DNA of 63,936 nucleotides, the filler included, from Dugesia japonica (Eukaryota): the NCBI GenBank assembly GCA_001938525.1. It is 6 parts of 6 records of this genome, joined end to end, with 100 filler letters (N's around TTAATTAATTAA, not from the genome) between each part and the next. Parts side by side here need not be neighbours in the genome. Positions count along the whole stretch, not along the records: positions 31,471 to 43,421 come from MQRL01627359.1; positions 43,522 to 55,388 come from MQRL01603244.1; 4 more parts are not named here. One strand, 5' to 3'. This document shows positions 40,581 to 55,336 of the stretch, one piece after another. Numbering within the stretch: position 1 is the stretch's first letter; the number at the start of each line of letters is the position of its first letter. The notes under the pieces are model-generated. The model had not been told where the DNA came from, did not search any database, and saw only the letters and a list, made by a program, of their open reading frames with translations. The position numbers and the translations under genes are program-made.

Positions 40581-41830
40581 CATGCACTTAAACTACAGAC
40601 TGTGCAACCGGCCATATTCTGAATATATAGGTGAGAGACGTTAGATTAAATTCATTCATGGGTTCTTCTTTGTAGTTAACTCCTGGGATATAACTGTAAA
40701 ATATCCAGTCTAGACACAACCCCAACACTTCATTACATTACTTAATAAAATATCCTTATTCCATGAAATATTCCTATGTAATATCTTCTGAAATTTTCTT
40801 TGATTCATAGAGAGCTAGTCTATGATATATTCTCATAATTGAGAAAAGTCTAGTGATTCTTACATTATTAGTGTTTTAGAATTGAAATATTATGTTTTAT
40901 CCTATTTTTGAGGTCCTAATGTATTGTTATTTTTACTACAAAGGATGTAATTTAAAAAATCAGAAAATATTATGTAACCTTAAATTCATATGGAAACTAT
41001 AATGAGAGAAAGCTGAAAAACGTTTTTATTTCTACGACAATTACTATTGTTGAAGTGCATATTTTAGTTAGTTGAATCTACCTTTTAACTTAATTTATTA
41101 AAACAAGGGACTATTTTCGCATTTATTATTCCAATACTTTGACAAACTTTCACCATGGTTCAACAATGATAGTGTTTGTACGAGCTAATTTCTGATAATT
41201 TTCTGAATTCAAGCCTTTATATGGTTCGTCTAAATTAAACAAAATTACTGTTAATTATGAATTTTTTTTAATGAAAATTCTTAAATTGAAATTATTTATT
41301 TTTATTACATCGGTGACAATATATATAACGAATTTACTTTTAAAAATTATTAAAAAACGGAAAATTTACATTAACTAATTTACTATTTATCAAATTCTTG
41401 TATTTTTTCTGTGATCAATAATCTTACTTTTAAATATGCCTAAATACATAGTAAATTTATAATAAAATTCACATTTATTACATTATTTTCAACATGTTAT
41501 TAAATTAATTTTGCAAGTAAAAAATTAACTACTATATTGTGTAGATGAATCCGAAATATTTAAAATTGATTTACAATTTCTTTTATAATTATTATATGTA
41601 CTAAGGGTGTCATGAGCAATTCGAATTAGTAAACATTAATGCACTTTCATTTTTATATCTATATAAATGTTTTACAAGGAACTTTAAATAAATATGAGTA
41701 AATGCTTCTATTGTCATATTTCTATACGCATAGTTTATCAAAAAATAGTTGATAGTTTTTGAGTAAAACTTTGTTTTAATTGATATTATTTTTAAAATTT
41801 GAAATTGAAAGTAATCTCCCATTAGCTTTA

Positions 41831-43421
<1,591 letters not shown>

Positions 43422-43964
43422 NNNNNNNNNNNNNNNNNNNNNNNNNNNNNNNNNNNNNNNNNNNNTTAATTAATTAANNNNNNNNNNNNNNNNNNNNNNN
43501 NNNNNNNNNNNNNNNNNNNNNTGTATAATTCTTTAAAAACGTAAACAATTCCAACTATAAAACAGTTATATTTTGTATTATAAATACCGTAGAAAATCCT
43601 TGAGATTGTATACACAAAAAACTTTTTTGCCAATGATATTATATATTAATTACTATTAAATCAAAAATAATCATTAAATTAAAATTTGTAGAAATAACAT
43701 TAAAAATTGTAAGAAAATATTTATTTATAAACAAANNNNNNNNNNNNNNNNNNNNNNNNNNNNNNNNNNNNNNNNNNNNNNNNNNNNNNNNNNNNNNNNN
43801 NNNNNNNNNNNNNNNNNNNNNNNNNNNNNNNNNNNNNNNNNNNNNNNNNNNNNNNNNNNNNNNNNNNNNNNNNNNNNNNNNNNNNNNNNNNNNNNNNNNN
43901 NNNNNNNNNNNNNNNNNNNNNNNNNNNNNNNNNNNNNNNNNNNNNNNNNNNNNNNNNNNNNNNN

Positions 43965-44350
43965 TTTTTGAATATCGATTCATCCATTGACATTGATAGT
44001 TCAACTGCTTCTTTGGAATCAAATTCAATATAAGCATAACCCATTGGATGTCCAGTAAACTTATTCGTTAAAATTGTAATTTTATTTATGGCACCACATC
44101 CATGAAAATGTGTTTCTAGATCTTTTGCAGTTGAACTATAATCAACATTTCCCACGTAAATTGATCTACTATCGATTTCAGCACGTTCTTCTTCAGTTAA
44201 AACGACAAAAGTGTTATTCAATGATTTATAATCTTCAATATTCGGGATATGTGCAGCCAAATTATCATCATCATCTGAAGCAGCGCAAGACCTTTCAATA
44301 CTATCGAATACAACCTTAGATTCTTTGTTTAAATCAGTGTTATTTGACAT
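43965..44350 (-). CDS. PABPN1: Nuclear poly(A)-binding protein 2-like RRM protein (3' end in gap)
   Basis: [18 protein letters not shown]...[33 protein letters not shown] is the PABPN1 RRM signature. Confidence 0.88.
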
Positions 44351-45479
44351 GTTGTTAAAATCAATTCAAAGCAGATTATATTTCAAAATGATAATATTTA
44401 AACAAATAATTTGACATAATAAAATTCAAAAAATATTTTTTTTTTAAATTAAAAGTTTTTGTGAATGGAATATAACATTTTTAATAAATTTGAATAATTA
44501 AATTTGTGAAATATTTATTATTTAAAGTTTATTAAATTTTTGAATTTTCTAATGACAATGATTTTTTAATAAGTAAAATAGTTAAAAAGTTAAAATTAAT
44601 TTCAAATTAACATTAAATTTAATATAAATTAAAATTGAATATAGACAAAATAAAACTTTAAACAAATTTATTAAATAAATAATTATTTATATATTAAAAC
44701 AATTAATATTATTATTATAATTATTATTTATATTTTTAAAATAATTCAAAAATTTCTATGTAATAATAATAACAGTAATTTTTATTTATTTTACAATTTG
44801 GAAATCATAATTAATATTTTTTAATAATAATTAAAACAATTAATTAAATAACTTATATACATTTATTTCATAATGATTCTTTTCACATTTTTAAAAATTC
44901 TCGTATGTTCACTAATTTCAAAATTTTAAATGTCTAATTTTGTTTTAATAAATTATAAAATCTTTTAAAATACATTTAGAAATTTTAAATATAATATAAA
45001 ATTTTAATCTANNNNNNNNNNNNNNNNNNNNNNNNNNNNNNNNNNNNNNNNNNNNNNNNNNNNNNNNNNNNNNNNNNNNNNNNNNNNNNNNNNNNNNNNN
45101 NNATTAAATCAATAATATTTTAATATTCTTATATATGTTTTCAAGATAATTAATATATTTAATAAAGTTAATTTTTTCAAATTCATTAAATTAAATTTTT
45201 CGATCAAAATGTTAATTTTTTTATTTTGGCTTGTTATTCGTAATTCATATTTTTGACAATTATCTTCTTCAGGAATTTTAGTTTTTAATATAAATAATTA
45301 ATTTAATTTTAAAATGTAATGCAATCTAATATAAAAATGAATATTTTAAAATAAAACTTCAAAATCCAGAAAGATTAACAAACCAAGTCAGCAACTGCAG
45401 ACTAATTGGTTTATTTATTTTTTCATATAGGACAAAGCTTTATTATCAGTCCAAATTTCCCAAATTATATAATTATCCT

Positions 45480-45930
45480 AATTATCCCAATTAAATAATG
45501 GTTAAAATGCATAATAAATTCATGAATAGCTATAGGTTCTTTCTGGTTACACAATAACCTTTCTTGAGAATTTGCAACTTTCTATACAAAACCTATGACG
45601 TTTCATTGCCTTTGTAATCGTTTTGGCTTCAGACAGCTCTAATATCCCTAAAACTCACATCAGTGTTTAGAATCATTTCTTTGGAATTAAAAGGAAATTG
45701 TAATATTGGTGCTGTAGATAATTCATACTTTAGCTTTTGGAACTACTTTCATCCTCATTGGACTATTCGGTAAAATTTTCATTTCCTGGTATCATTGCAT
45801 ACATCGGCGCAGTAATAATTGCATAATCTTTGATAAATCTTTGATAATAACTAGTTAGTTTCAAAAAGGATAATAACTACATAACATAACCTGGATTTGA
45901 TGCTTCAATAATGATTTTTACTTTTTTTCC
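45480..45930 (-). mobile_element. Ty3/gypsy RT-thumb/RNase H relic
   Basis: SFLKLTSYYQRFI..YAIITAPMY...STAPILQFP...ILNTDVS...Y..TRKE.IAI...HFNHYLIG. Confidence 0.75.
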
Positions 45931-46716
45931 AATTTTTTTAAAGTTTGATAAAAATAATTCAAATTTTAATATAAAAATTAAAAAAAGTTTAATTAATTAA
46001 GTCGAAAGAACTGTCTGTACAATAATAGTTGGATTATAAAATCGATCCATAAAAGCTTCAAACACATTAAATAATTTTTAAATAGTTTGGACAAAATTTT
46101 AAAATTTAAACATTCGCATGACATATTTTTTTTTTATAGTTTTTTAATTTAAACAATAATAAAAAGGATATAAAGGAAACAGAACTAACAGATTTACTCC
46201 ATATTAAATTTTACTATTTTTCTTTGTTATTTTTAGTTATGTATTTTCTATAATTATTATGTTATATTAACATTTCAATATATATCTTTTATACATTTAA
46301 ATCAAATTTAGTGATGTGGAATAAATAATAAAATCGAATTAATAAAAATAACTCATTCAATATTTATCATAGGAGCGGGTATATAGTATATATAGTATAT
46401 AATTGACAATATTAGAAAATGGATAATAAGTCTACATTAGATAGTTTAATGATGAAGAAGAGAAAAATTGTTGATGTAGTTTTTTGTATTAAAAAATAAA
46501 GAATTTAACTTTTATTTTCAGAATTATTATGATGATGCTTTAGTTCCTGTTGGTACTGATAATCTTTAGGTTTTATTGATTTTAATTAATTTGCAAATAA
46601 TGAATTCAATTAATGAATTGTGTTTAAAATAAGTGAAATCGATGATATTTTTAATTATCTTTATAAATATATTATATATATATATATGTTTATATGTTTA
46701 TATTATATATTATATG

Positions 46717-47445
46717 TATCTTTGACGGTTCATTGTAAACAGCTAACAAATGATCATCACCTATATTTGATGTATGAGGATTGACGATTAAAACTTAGTT
46801 TACTGAAATATATGGAAGCTTATTAAATGGATAGACACATAACCCTGTCTACATTTACCTTGTCCACTTTTAAACTAATACTGTTCTGTTGGTATAAATT
46901 TGAATCTCCTTTTTGAATATTCCATAAATTATAATACATGCTAGTGCAGTCAAATCCTTTGCAAACCTTTTATCCAATTTCAAATTTTCTTGTTATGGTA
47001 ATTGCATTTGATTTATATCGAAATATAGAGCAAGCACCAATGTAAAGAATAAATATTTGGTTTCGATTTCCTCAAAAATAATTCTACAGTTTATACTCTT
47101 TCTAACCACACATTGCATATATAGTGTGCTATAATTATTGTTTTTAAAGTTTTGAGTATTTATCTATCGAAAATTAATGTTTTTCGATAAAAACATGGAA
47201 GTAGCATTTAAATATTTAAATGTTGAACTAAATCTGTTATAATCACTATTACATTTGTCTTTTTTTGAAATGTTACCAAATGAAAACTAGGCAAGCGACG
47301 ATCAACTAAGATTTATTAAACGACGCACTATATTTAATAATTGCAAACACAACAAGCTCCTTGATTCACATGGGGTAAACAGCATTTTGCTTCATTAATC
47401 ATATTTGATGATCTGGTAATACTGAGAACTCAACACGCACACACA
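46717..47445 (-). pseudogene. Second Polinton MCP C-half plus start of adenain
   Basis: DRRLPSF..VTF, LVLAL.FDINQMQLP*QENLKLD...YGIFKKEIQIYTNRTVLV* and HTSNIGDDHLLAVYN align with 32600-33460. Confidence 0.85.
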
Positions 47446-48209
47446 TATTCTAAAATTCTGAGAATTAATGCATCCGGAAAGGTGCAGCCAAGCTTCGTCA
47501 GTAAAAAAGATCGTATCCAGCTGGTTATTTTCTACATTGGCTTTAAACCATTAGCAGTATTGAATTCGCTTGGCATGATCAGTTGGAATTAACTCCAGAA
47601 TGAAGAACAGATATTTGTAAGGATATTGTGAAGTCTGTTACGGACAACTTTGTGACAGCTCCCAACAGATAGTCCAGTTTCCAGGGACAATCGCCTGATG
47701 NNNNNNNNNNNNNNNNNNNNNNNNNNNNNNNNNNNNNNNNNNNNNNNNNNNNNNNNNNNNNNNNNNNNNNNNNNNNNNNNNNNNNNNNNNNNNNNNNNNN
47801 NNNNNNNNNNNNNNNNNNNNNNNNNNNNNNNNNNNNNNNNNNNNNNNNNNNNNNNNNNNNNNNNNNNNNNNNNNNNNNNNNNNNNNNNNNNNNNNNNNNN
47901 NNNNNNNNNNNNNNNNNNNNNNNNNNAAAATAGCTTTCGACTACAAAGCTGCATTGTCCTGTGGTAAGAACCATTCTTCAACGGCAAAATCAGTTAATTG
48001 TCTAAAATTTACTAATATTTACTATTTATTTGACTATATTTTAATAAATATCATTAAATGTAATCCATTAAACATAAATAAGTATGCACTTATTNNNNNN
48101 NNNNNNNNNNNNNNNNNNNNNNNNNNNNNNNNNNNNNAACTTACAACTACCAATTGAAACTTACAATGACATTAAAAATTTCGAGTCAACTTTTATACTG
48201 AACACCTTG
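47445..48209 (-). mobile_element. rosa/DD41D-like Tc1/mariner 5' half abutting the MCP copy
   Basis: Terminus TA-CAAGGTGTTCAG (rc at 48209); MVLTTGQCSFVVESYF, RRLSLETGLS, IFFTDEAWLHLSGCINSQN. Confidence 0.8.
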
Positions 48210-49079
48210 TATTAGAAGAAATTTAGTTGTTCCAGAACTTTTATATGTAACTTTACTAAGTATTAACAAAATAATGAATTAGAGTGAAGTTATCGAAGAT
48301 GGAATGCTAAACACATTAAAAGGTGACAACAAAATGATAAATGTAAATAAAGAATTAATAATAATGAAATTGAAGGATTTATTGAGTGAAGAGAACAAAA
48401 TACGTTCAAGAATAATCCATGACAAAGAAGAGAGTGAGAGGAGGGGTAGAAAACTAATAATAATTAACTTACAAAGAAACTGAAAGATATAACCATAAAT
48501 AATATCATCGAAAAAAATTAAAGATGTTGTTCTTCTTTTAGTTTCAAAATATGTATGCGATTAAATTGTATGAATAAATTTATTGAATTAAGTTCGATTT
48601 GATTTTGCTTTAAACTTGACTAATTATTTTATTTTTATGACAAATAATCACGTTTTAAAAATATCAAAGTTTTTTTTTAATTGATTGAATTCGTTCGATT
48701 TGATTTAGCTTAAACTGAGTTGAATGAGTGTATTTAAATTAACTTTCTTAGTTCTAAATGTTTAGAAAACTTACATCAAGGACTCAATTTATACAGCTGG
48801 TATCCTGAATCTTCAACGCATTCGTTTAGATAATAATTTAACTGCGGTTAATATAATAGAATAATTCTACAATTAAGGATTGAATAACGTCTTTTCATTT
48901 TTTTGCTTGGATTAGACCATAAGAATCGCGGACAAATTAATCGAAAAAAAATATTAACTAAAATTATTTAAATTGCGAATTAGCCTTGAACTGTAACATC
49001 ACTGAATTCATTAAGGAATTTTACTTTACATGAGAAAGTTCTCTACGGAAATAAGTCAGACTTAAACTCTAGTCTGCTG

Positions 49080-49628
49080 AACCCAAACCTTATATTTGGT
49101 TTGACAAAGAATCAGCGATTAGATCGAAATACTTTGATAAATTTCTTAAAGAAAATGAAATTAATTTGTATTATACTGAAAATGAAGGTAAATCAATTTT
49201 TGCTGAAAGATTTATTAGAACTTTAAAACGTAAAATGTGGAAATACTTTACTCTATTTGGTTATCAAAAATGGGATAATAATTTATTACAAAGAATTGTA
49301 AACGATTATAATAATACAATTCATAGTTCTATTAAAGTAACTCCAAAAGAAGCTAGTGAAAATCCAGATAAAGTTAAAGAAATATTCGAAGATCATAATC
49401 AGGAAAAGGATTTTATAAAAGAAAAACAAAAGTTTAAAATTGGAGAGAGGGTTAGAATCTTTAAATATAAATTTGAAAAAGATTTTACAGCTAAATAGAC
49501 AACTGAAATATTTGTTGTAACCCAAGTTTATAAAACAAAACCAATAACTTATGGAATTACTGATTTGGAGAATGAAAACATTCTAGGTAGATTTTATAGT
49601 AATGAATTACAGAAAACTGTTTTTTAAA
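49080..49628 (+). pseudogene. Polinton retroviral-like (c-)integrase, C-terminal half
   Basis: IWFDKES...KSIFAERFIRTLKRKMWKYFT...YNNTIHSSIKVTP..KFKIGERVRI..*TTEIF..PITY..D...E.I.GRFY..ELQK. Confidence 0.9.
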
Positions 49629-50219
49629 TTTAAAATTAATAAATTAAAAATGAGTGAAAATTCTTCCGATTTTATTTTAAAAGGCGCTCTAAATGAAGCC
49701 TAAAGGGTCCCATCAAAAATTATTTTAAAAGAAGAAACTAAACAAGAATTAAAAGAAGAATTAAAAGAGGAATTTAAATAACAATTAAAAAAAGAATTTA
49801 AACAAGAATTTAAGCAAGAATTTAAAAATGAATGAAAAGAAGAATTTTAAAAAAATCAGAAGAAAATAGATATTTAAAGAAATCACTTGCAGCTGTAAAT
49901 TTAAGAATTCCATCAGAATTATTTTGGAAGTGGTTAAATGTTAATACTTATTTATGGGTTGGAGAAGATGAACAAGAAGAAGAAACTTCAGTTTTAATTA
50001 ATTATTTTGATAGTTTTAATTTTAAAAATATGGATTAATATAATATGAGTATATTAAATCTAGTTGCAAATAAAAAAGGTAATTATTATATAGATGATGA
50101 TTATATAAAGAAACATACATTTGAAAAAAACTTGAACAAAGAGAAAAATTAGATGTATTCTTTGATGAAAAAATAACTTCTTATTACGAAAATAATTAAT
50201 TAATTTTTATTAAATAAAA

Positions 50220-50981
50220 ATGGCTTTAATTAGGAATAAAAATATCTTTAATAATAAAATCTTCCCATCTAATTTTAGATTATCAATAATTGGTTCTTCC
50301 GGCTCGGGTAAAAATGTTTTGTTAATGAAATTCTTTTAACTTCAGAGTTTTAGATTATGATACTTTAATAATTTATTCTACAACCATAAATCAATTTGAA
50401 ATACAATTAGTTTATCATAGTTTTGAAAATGAATTAACAAAAGAAAATATTATTTTTATTTTTGAACATCAAAATATAATTCCAGGTTCTTTAATAACTC
50501 TTTTACAAGTTATCAAATGGTTTATAAAAAAATATTTAATAAAAAACCAAGAATGATAAATGCAATTCTAAGTAATAAACCAAATGAAATTATTCCTTGC
50601 GATAAATTATCCAAGGATAAAAAGAATTTAATAATTTTTGTTTATTTATGGAAAAAATCAAGAAATTCAAAAAGTTATTTTACTAGAGTAAGACGTGTAA
50701 ATTTTAATGTAATTTATATTTCTCAAACTTATTTTCATTTAGACAAAAACTCCATTAGTAATAATTCCAACTGTTTTATATTTTTTAAATTAAACAAAAT
50801 TGATAAAGATAATGTTTATTATGATTTATTTAGTAACATTATTTTTAGTAACATTTCTAGTAAAATGGATTATGATTATAAATATGATTATAATGTAAAT
50901 TTACATTGGAAAACTAAGTATAGTTATTACTATTTAGATAGAGAAGCCGAAATTTTAATGGAAAATCTTTTCGAAACGTAA
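50220..50981 (+). pseudogene. Polinton A32-like packaging ATPase
   Basis: Walker A IIGSSGSGK; RRVNFNVIYISQTYF...NNSNCFIFFK; frameshifts. Confidence 0.85.
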
Positions 50982-51117
50982 GTGATTTATTTGAAGAGGA
51001 GAAAGATGAGTCATTTATAAGACTCTCTAGGATTTTTCCTCTTTGAAAATCCCCCACCTCTTAAATTGAGAGGAGAAGATGAATTGAATTATTTTTTTCA
51101 AATTACAAGTAAATAAA

Positions 51118-51578
51118 ATGTCTTCAACAACAGAACAAGAATTATTTGATTTAATAAATTTAAATAAAAGTAAATCTGAAAAAATTACTGGTAAAACTAT
51201 TGGATTAGTAAACAAGTTAAAGAAGAAATAAAAATGAAACTAGGAAAAAAACATGAAGGTAGATTTGCTTTCCTTGCTGCAATACCAGCTATAATTGCTG
51301 GTTTAGCATAAACAGCTGGTATTGCTTCAGGTGTTGATAGTACAGTAAGTAATTTTAGAGATGCAATTAAAAAACAAAAAGAAACTGAATTAGTTGAATT
51401 ACAGAAAAAAGATTTAGAAAATAAAATTATAAAAGAAGAATTACAAAAAGAAGATTCAGGAATTTACTTAAAATCTTATCATGGAAGTGCAATTTATAAA
51501 TATTTAAAAAATAGTTTACCTAATTAAGAATTGAAAATGATTACTAAAAGGAGATGGTTTATATTTAAAACCCTATGA
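51118..51578 (+). pseudogene. Polinton amphipathic Gly/Ala-rich core/membrane protein
   Basis: EGRFAFLAAIPAIIAGLA*TAGIASGV...SGIYLKSYHGS resembles the GGFL..LIP..AGL.A.G...G.GLYL.PY.G family. Confidence 0.6.
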
Positions 51579-51899
51579 AAATCCTAAATAAAATAGATAG
51601 TGAACAAATAACAGAAAGAATAAATACTATTTTATCTGATTCAATTAAACCTATAATTAAATTACAAGATATTTATGATAAAGAATTTGAAACAATAATT
51701 TATCCTGGTAAAAGACCAACAATAATATTATTTGAAGAAGATTCTAAGAAATACTTTTTAAATAATAAAATAGTAATTCCTTATTCTGAAGAAGTAATTA
51801 ATTTAATTTTAGGAAATAAAAGTAATGATCCAGAAGCAATTGATATTTATTTAAATAAATTAAATATTATATTTCTTCATTCTTCTAAATCTAGATTTT

Positions 51900-52390
51900 G
51901 ATGGAGAAACTATTTCTTTATGAGTTCCTATTAGAAAATGTCTTGTGTAAACTATTGGATTGTAGACTTTCTAAAAACATTTGGAATAAATACTAAAACT
52001 AATTTTTATTTGTATTCTATTGCTGACATTTTAAATTTAGAATTAAAAGTATTAATGAAAGATGAAATCCCAAGATGTCCCATTAAAGATAAAGATAAAA
52101 AGTGGCCACCGTGGTCGTCAATTCCAATAATTATTAATTATCAAAATTCAAATCAAAAAGGAACTCATTGGGTTGCTTTTTACAATAGTTATTATTTTGA
52201 TTTTAATGGCTTAAAACTTTTAAAGGAATTGAAAAATATGTAAATGTTTATAATAAAATTCAAGTTCAACCTTTTGGGAGTAATATTTGTAGAATTTTAT
52301 GTTTATACTTTTTATATTCGCTTTCATTCAAAACATTTGACGAAAAAATTAATGAATTATATGAAACCTTTAGAGAATTACTTTAGTATA
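51900..52390 (+). pseudogene. Polinton adenain-like protease (second family)
   Basis: IINYQNSNQKGTHWVAFY..YYFDFNG...N.IQVQPFGSNICRILCLYFL; one internal stop. Confidence 0.85.
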
Positions 52391-52405
52391 ATATCTTTAT
52401 AGAAA

Positions 52406-53126
52406 ATGAATAAATTTAAAGAAACTTTAAATAGTCAAAATAATACAGAAGTATTAAAACATGTTTCTGCTAAATTGAAATTAGAATCTGTTAACAACGA
52501 TAAAAGTGTTTGTTAATGAAAGTGGAGATTCAATTACTAAATGAATTAGATGCTATTAATTTAAAATTTTTAAATAATTTTAAGAATGAAGTTAAGAATA
52601 ATATCAATAGTGAAATTATTAAATTAGAAAAACAATTTTCTGAGCTAACGCAAACGACGAGTGATGTTAAAAATCAATTAAGAAATCAAAATATTTATAT
52701 TCAACAACTTTTAGAAAATAATAAATCATGAATTAAAACCAAGAGCGATTTAATTATAAAATAAATTAATTAAATGAGCTTACACAAACGAAGAGTGAAT
52801 CTTTTAATTCTTTAAAAACTGATTTTAAAAATGATTTAAAAAATACACAAGTTAAAAAAGAAATCGAAAAGATCTTGGAAAAAATTGAAAAACTATCAAA
52901 AGAAATTAATAGTTTATCTAGTAATTGTTCTCCTGAAAAATTTAATAAAATTAATTCAGAATTGAAAAAACTAAATTACACAATAAATTTTAATAAAAAA
53001 ATGATGAAAGATCCTTTAATTCCATTAAAAAAAGATTTTAATAAAATAAAAGAAGATTTTCATATTGATCGTGTTAAAGAAATTAATGATTACATTGATA
53101 AATTAAAAAAAACAGGCATCATCTGA
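52406..53126 (+). pseudogene. Polinton coiled-coil accessory protein
   Basis: Co-oriented K/E/N/L-rich heptad ORF pieces between protease and TM gene. Confidence 0.45.
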
Positions 53127-53747
53127 AAAACTTTATTATCAAGATTTATTAAACAGGATTAAAGAAATAATCGATATATATTTTCGATTTCTTGTTTTAA
53201 AAAAATATGATAAGTATAATGATGTATTAATATTTTTATTAATTACTTTAATTACAAAGAATGAGCTACCAAGTTATTAAGGTTTAAATCACATTTAAAA
53301 TAAAAAGAAAAGGAAGAATCTCAAAGGGTCCCAATAATAAATATTATTACATTGAACAACCAATAAAACTTTATTTTCGTTTAAATAGAATAAGAGATAA
53401 AGCTTATTTTATAATTCAAGGATATTGTGATATTTCATTTTTTGAAATTTATGTAATGATTGATAATATTCCAAAAATATTTGAATAAAATTTTATTAAA
53501 AACAAGAATATACTCTTTTTAGAGAATACAAAGAAGTTCTATTAACCGATAAATATACTTTAGATAGAGTTACTTTAATTTTACCTAAAAATATTTATAT
53601 TTATAAAATTATTATTTTAAGTGATTACGCAATTGCTAAAATATCATATTCTGAATTATCTCCAAAGGTCCCATCCCATCGAAACCCAAATTATTACTAA
53701 GATAAATTGTCTGAGCGAATGCAAAATGAACTAACGCAAACGAAGAA

Positions 53748-54308
53748 TGAGCAAATATTGGGAAGAGTTAAATTTAAATGATGGTCAAAGTAAAAATATT
53801 TATCTAGATTTAAATAAGTATATTTACAAAGATCAAAAATACACTATTCAAGATCTTAAAACTAAATTATCAAATTTGAGAATTGTAGATTAACAGAAAT
53901 ATTTATTGGAACTTGTGTTGGAATAACTGGAACTATATTAATTTCTTTAAAAACTTTTGGAATTGGATCAAGTTTAATTCCAATTATTTTAACAAGTGTA
54001 GTTTCTTGTATTCCAGTAATTGGTACTTTGAATTCATCTTTAATAAAATCAAAAAAGAAGAAGTATAAAAATTTAATTCATGAGTAAGAAACTGTTAAAA
54101 ACAAATTATTTTTATTTCATCAAAAAGCTTTATCTGATGATGTATTAACAGATAATGAAATATTAATAAGCAAAAATATAGTAAAACAAGTTAAAGATTT
54201 AATTTCACATGAAAAAATAATCAAGTTAAATATGAAAGGGAAATTTTAAAGAAACTTGAAGAACAAATTGAAAATCAACAAAAAATTATTAACAAATTAA
54301 AGAAATAA
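53748..54308 (+). pseudogene. Polinton two-TM plus coiled-coil protein
   Basis: IFIGTCVGITGTILISL..GIGSSLIPIILTSVVSCIPVIG then KALSDDVLTDNEI, resembling the AL.D..I...EF motif of Polinton membrane proteins. Confidence 0.55.
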
Positions 54309-54469
54309 ATTTGAAGACCACAGTCTTCACTTTTATATTTTAGATTTTAATTTTTTATCTGTTTTTATATTTACATTTTAGAAAAATAGTGACCCTCAGG
54401 ACACACTTATTTATATTAAACTACAATTAAATTTTTGTTTTAATTTATCTAACCTTAAATGCCACTCAC

Positions 54470-55250
54470 TACAAATTTCACATTTAAACTTATTTCTATG
54501 TGGCCAAGTTCTTATTCCATTGTCTTTAATTAATCTTTTATCATCATAACCAGTTAATGCAATTCTTTTTGCTCAATTAATTCTATTTGATGCTCATTTG
54601 ATTTTAAACTATAATTAGTACCATAAAAGATTTCTTTTATCTCTAAAGCTTAATCGAATTCTTTCATATTATTTCATTAAATTTAGATATACTTTTATGT
54701 CTTTTATCTAACTTATCAAATTCATAAGCATAACGTTTTGATTTAATAAAATCACATTTAGTAATTTCATTATTTGGTTTTCATCTTTCATTTGAAATAA
54801 ATAATTTCCTAATAAACTTGTTACTTTATTTAAATTTTCTTGACCAATGATTTCTATAAAAATTGAATCTGAATAATGTATTTTATACTTGTTAAGAATC
54901 TTTACATCTAACTGGTTATAAATGAATATCTGAATAATGTATTTTATACTTGTTTGGAATCTTTACATCTAATTGGTTATAAATAAAATCATAAATTACT
55001 TCTTTTGCATATTCTAAAATAGTGAAACCTATGTATGAAAACTTATTATATTTCAATTTACATTGTCTTAAACGAATTGCAGCTGTTTGTGCTTGCTTGG
55101 TTTCTGTACATGTAAATATTTTACTAGATCTAAAGTTTATCTTTGAAGCAAGCTTTTGATAATTTTTATCTGTTCCAACTATTTCTACATTACATCTTTT
55201 TCTTATGTCTTCTAATGTTTCACCGTAAAACGCATTATTTATTAATAATC
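54470..55250 (-). pseudogene. Polinton pPolB from motif B to the C-terminus
   Basis: LLINNAFYGETLEDIRKR, YIGFTILEYAK, YSD..SIF, RIALTGYDDKRLI..NGIRTWPH; internal 58-bp duplication near motif C. Confidence 0.9.
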
Positions 55251-55254
55251 TTCA

Positions 55255-55336
55255 AGTAGGTAGATGTTAGTGCACTACACGTCCACCCCCCTCCCCCCAT
55301 GGGGGAGGGGGGTGGACATGTAGTGCGCTAACATCT
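55255..55336 (+). repeat. AGTAG terminus with a 75-bp GC-rich palindrome
   Basis: 55262-55336 is self-complementary with 2 mismatches and 1 extra C. Confidence 0.85.
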
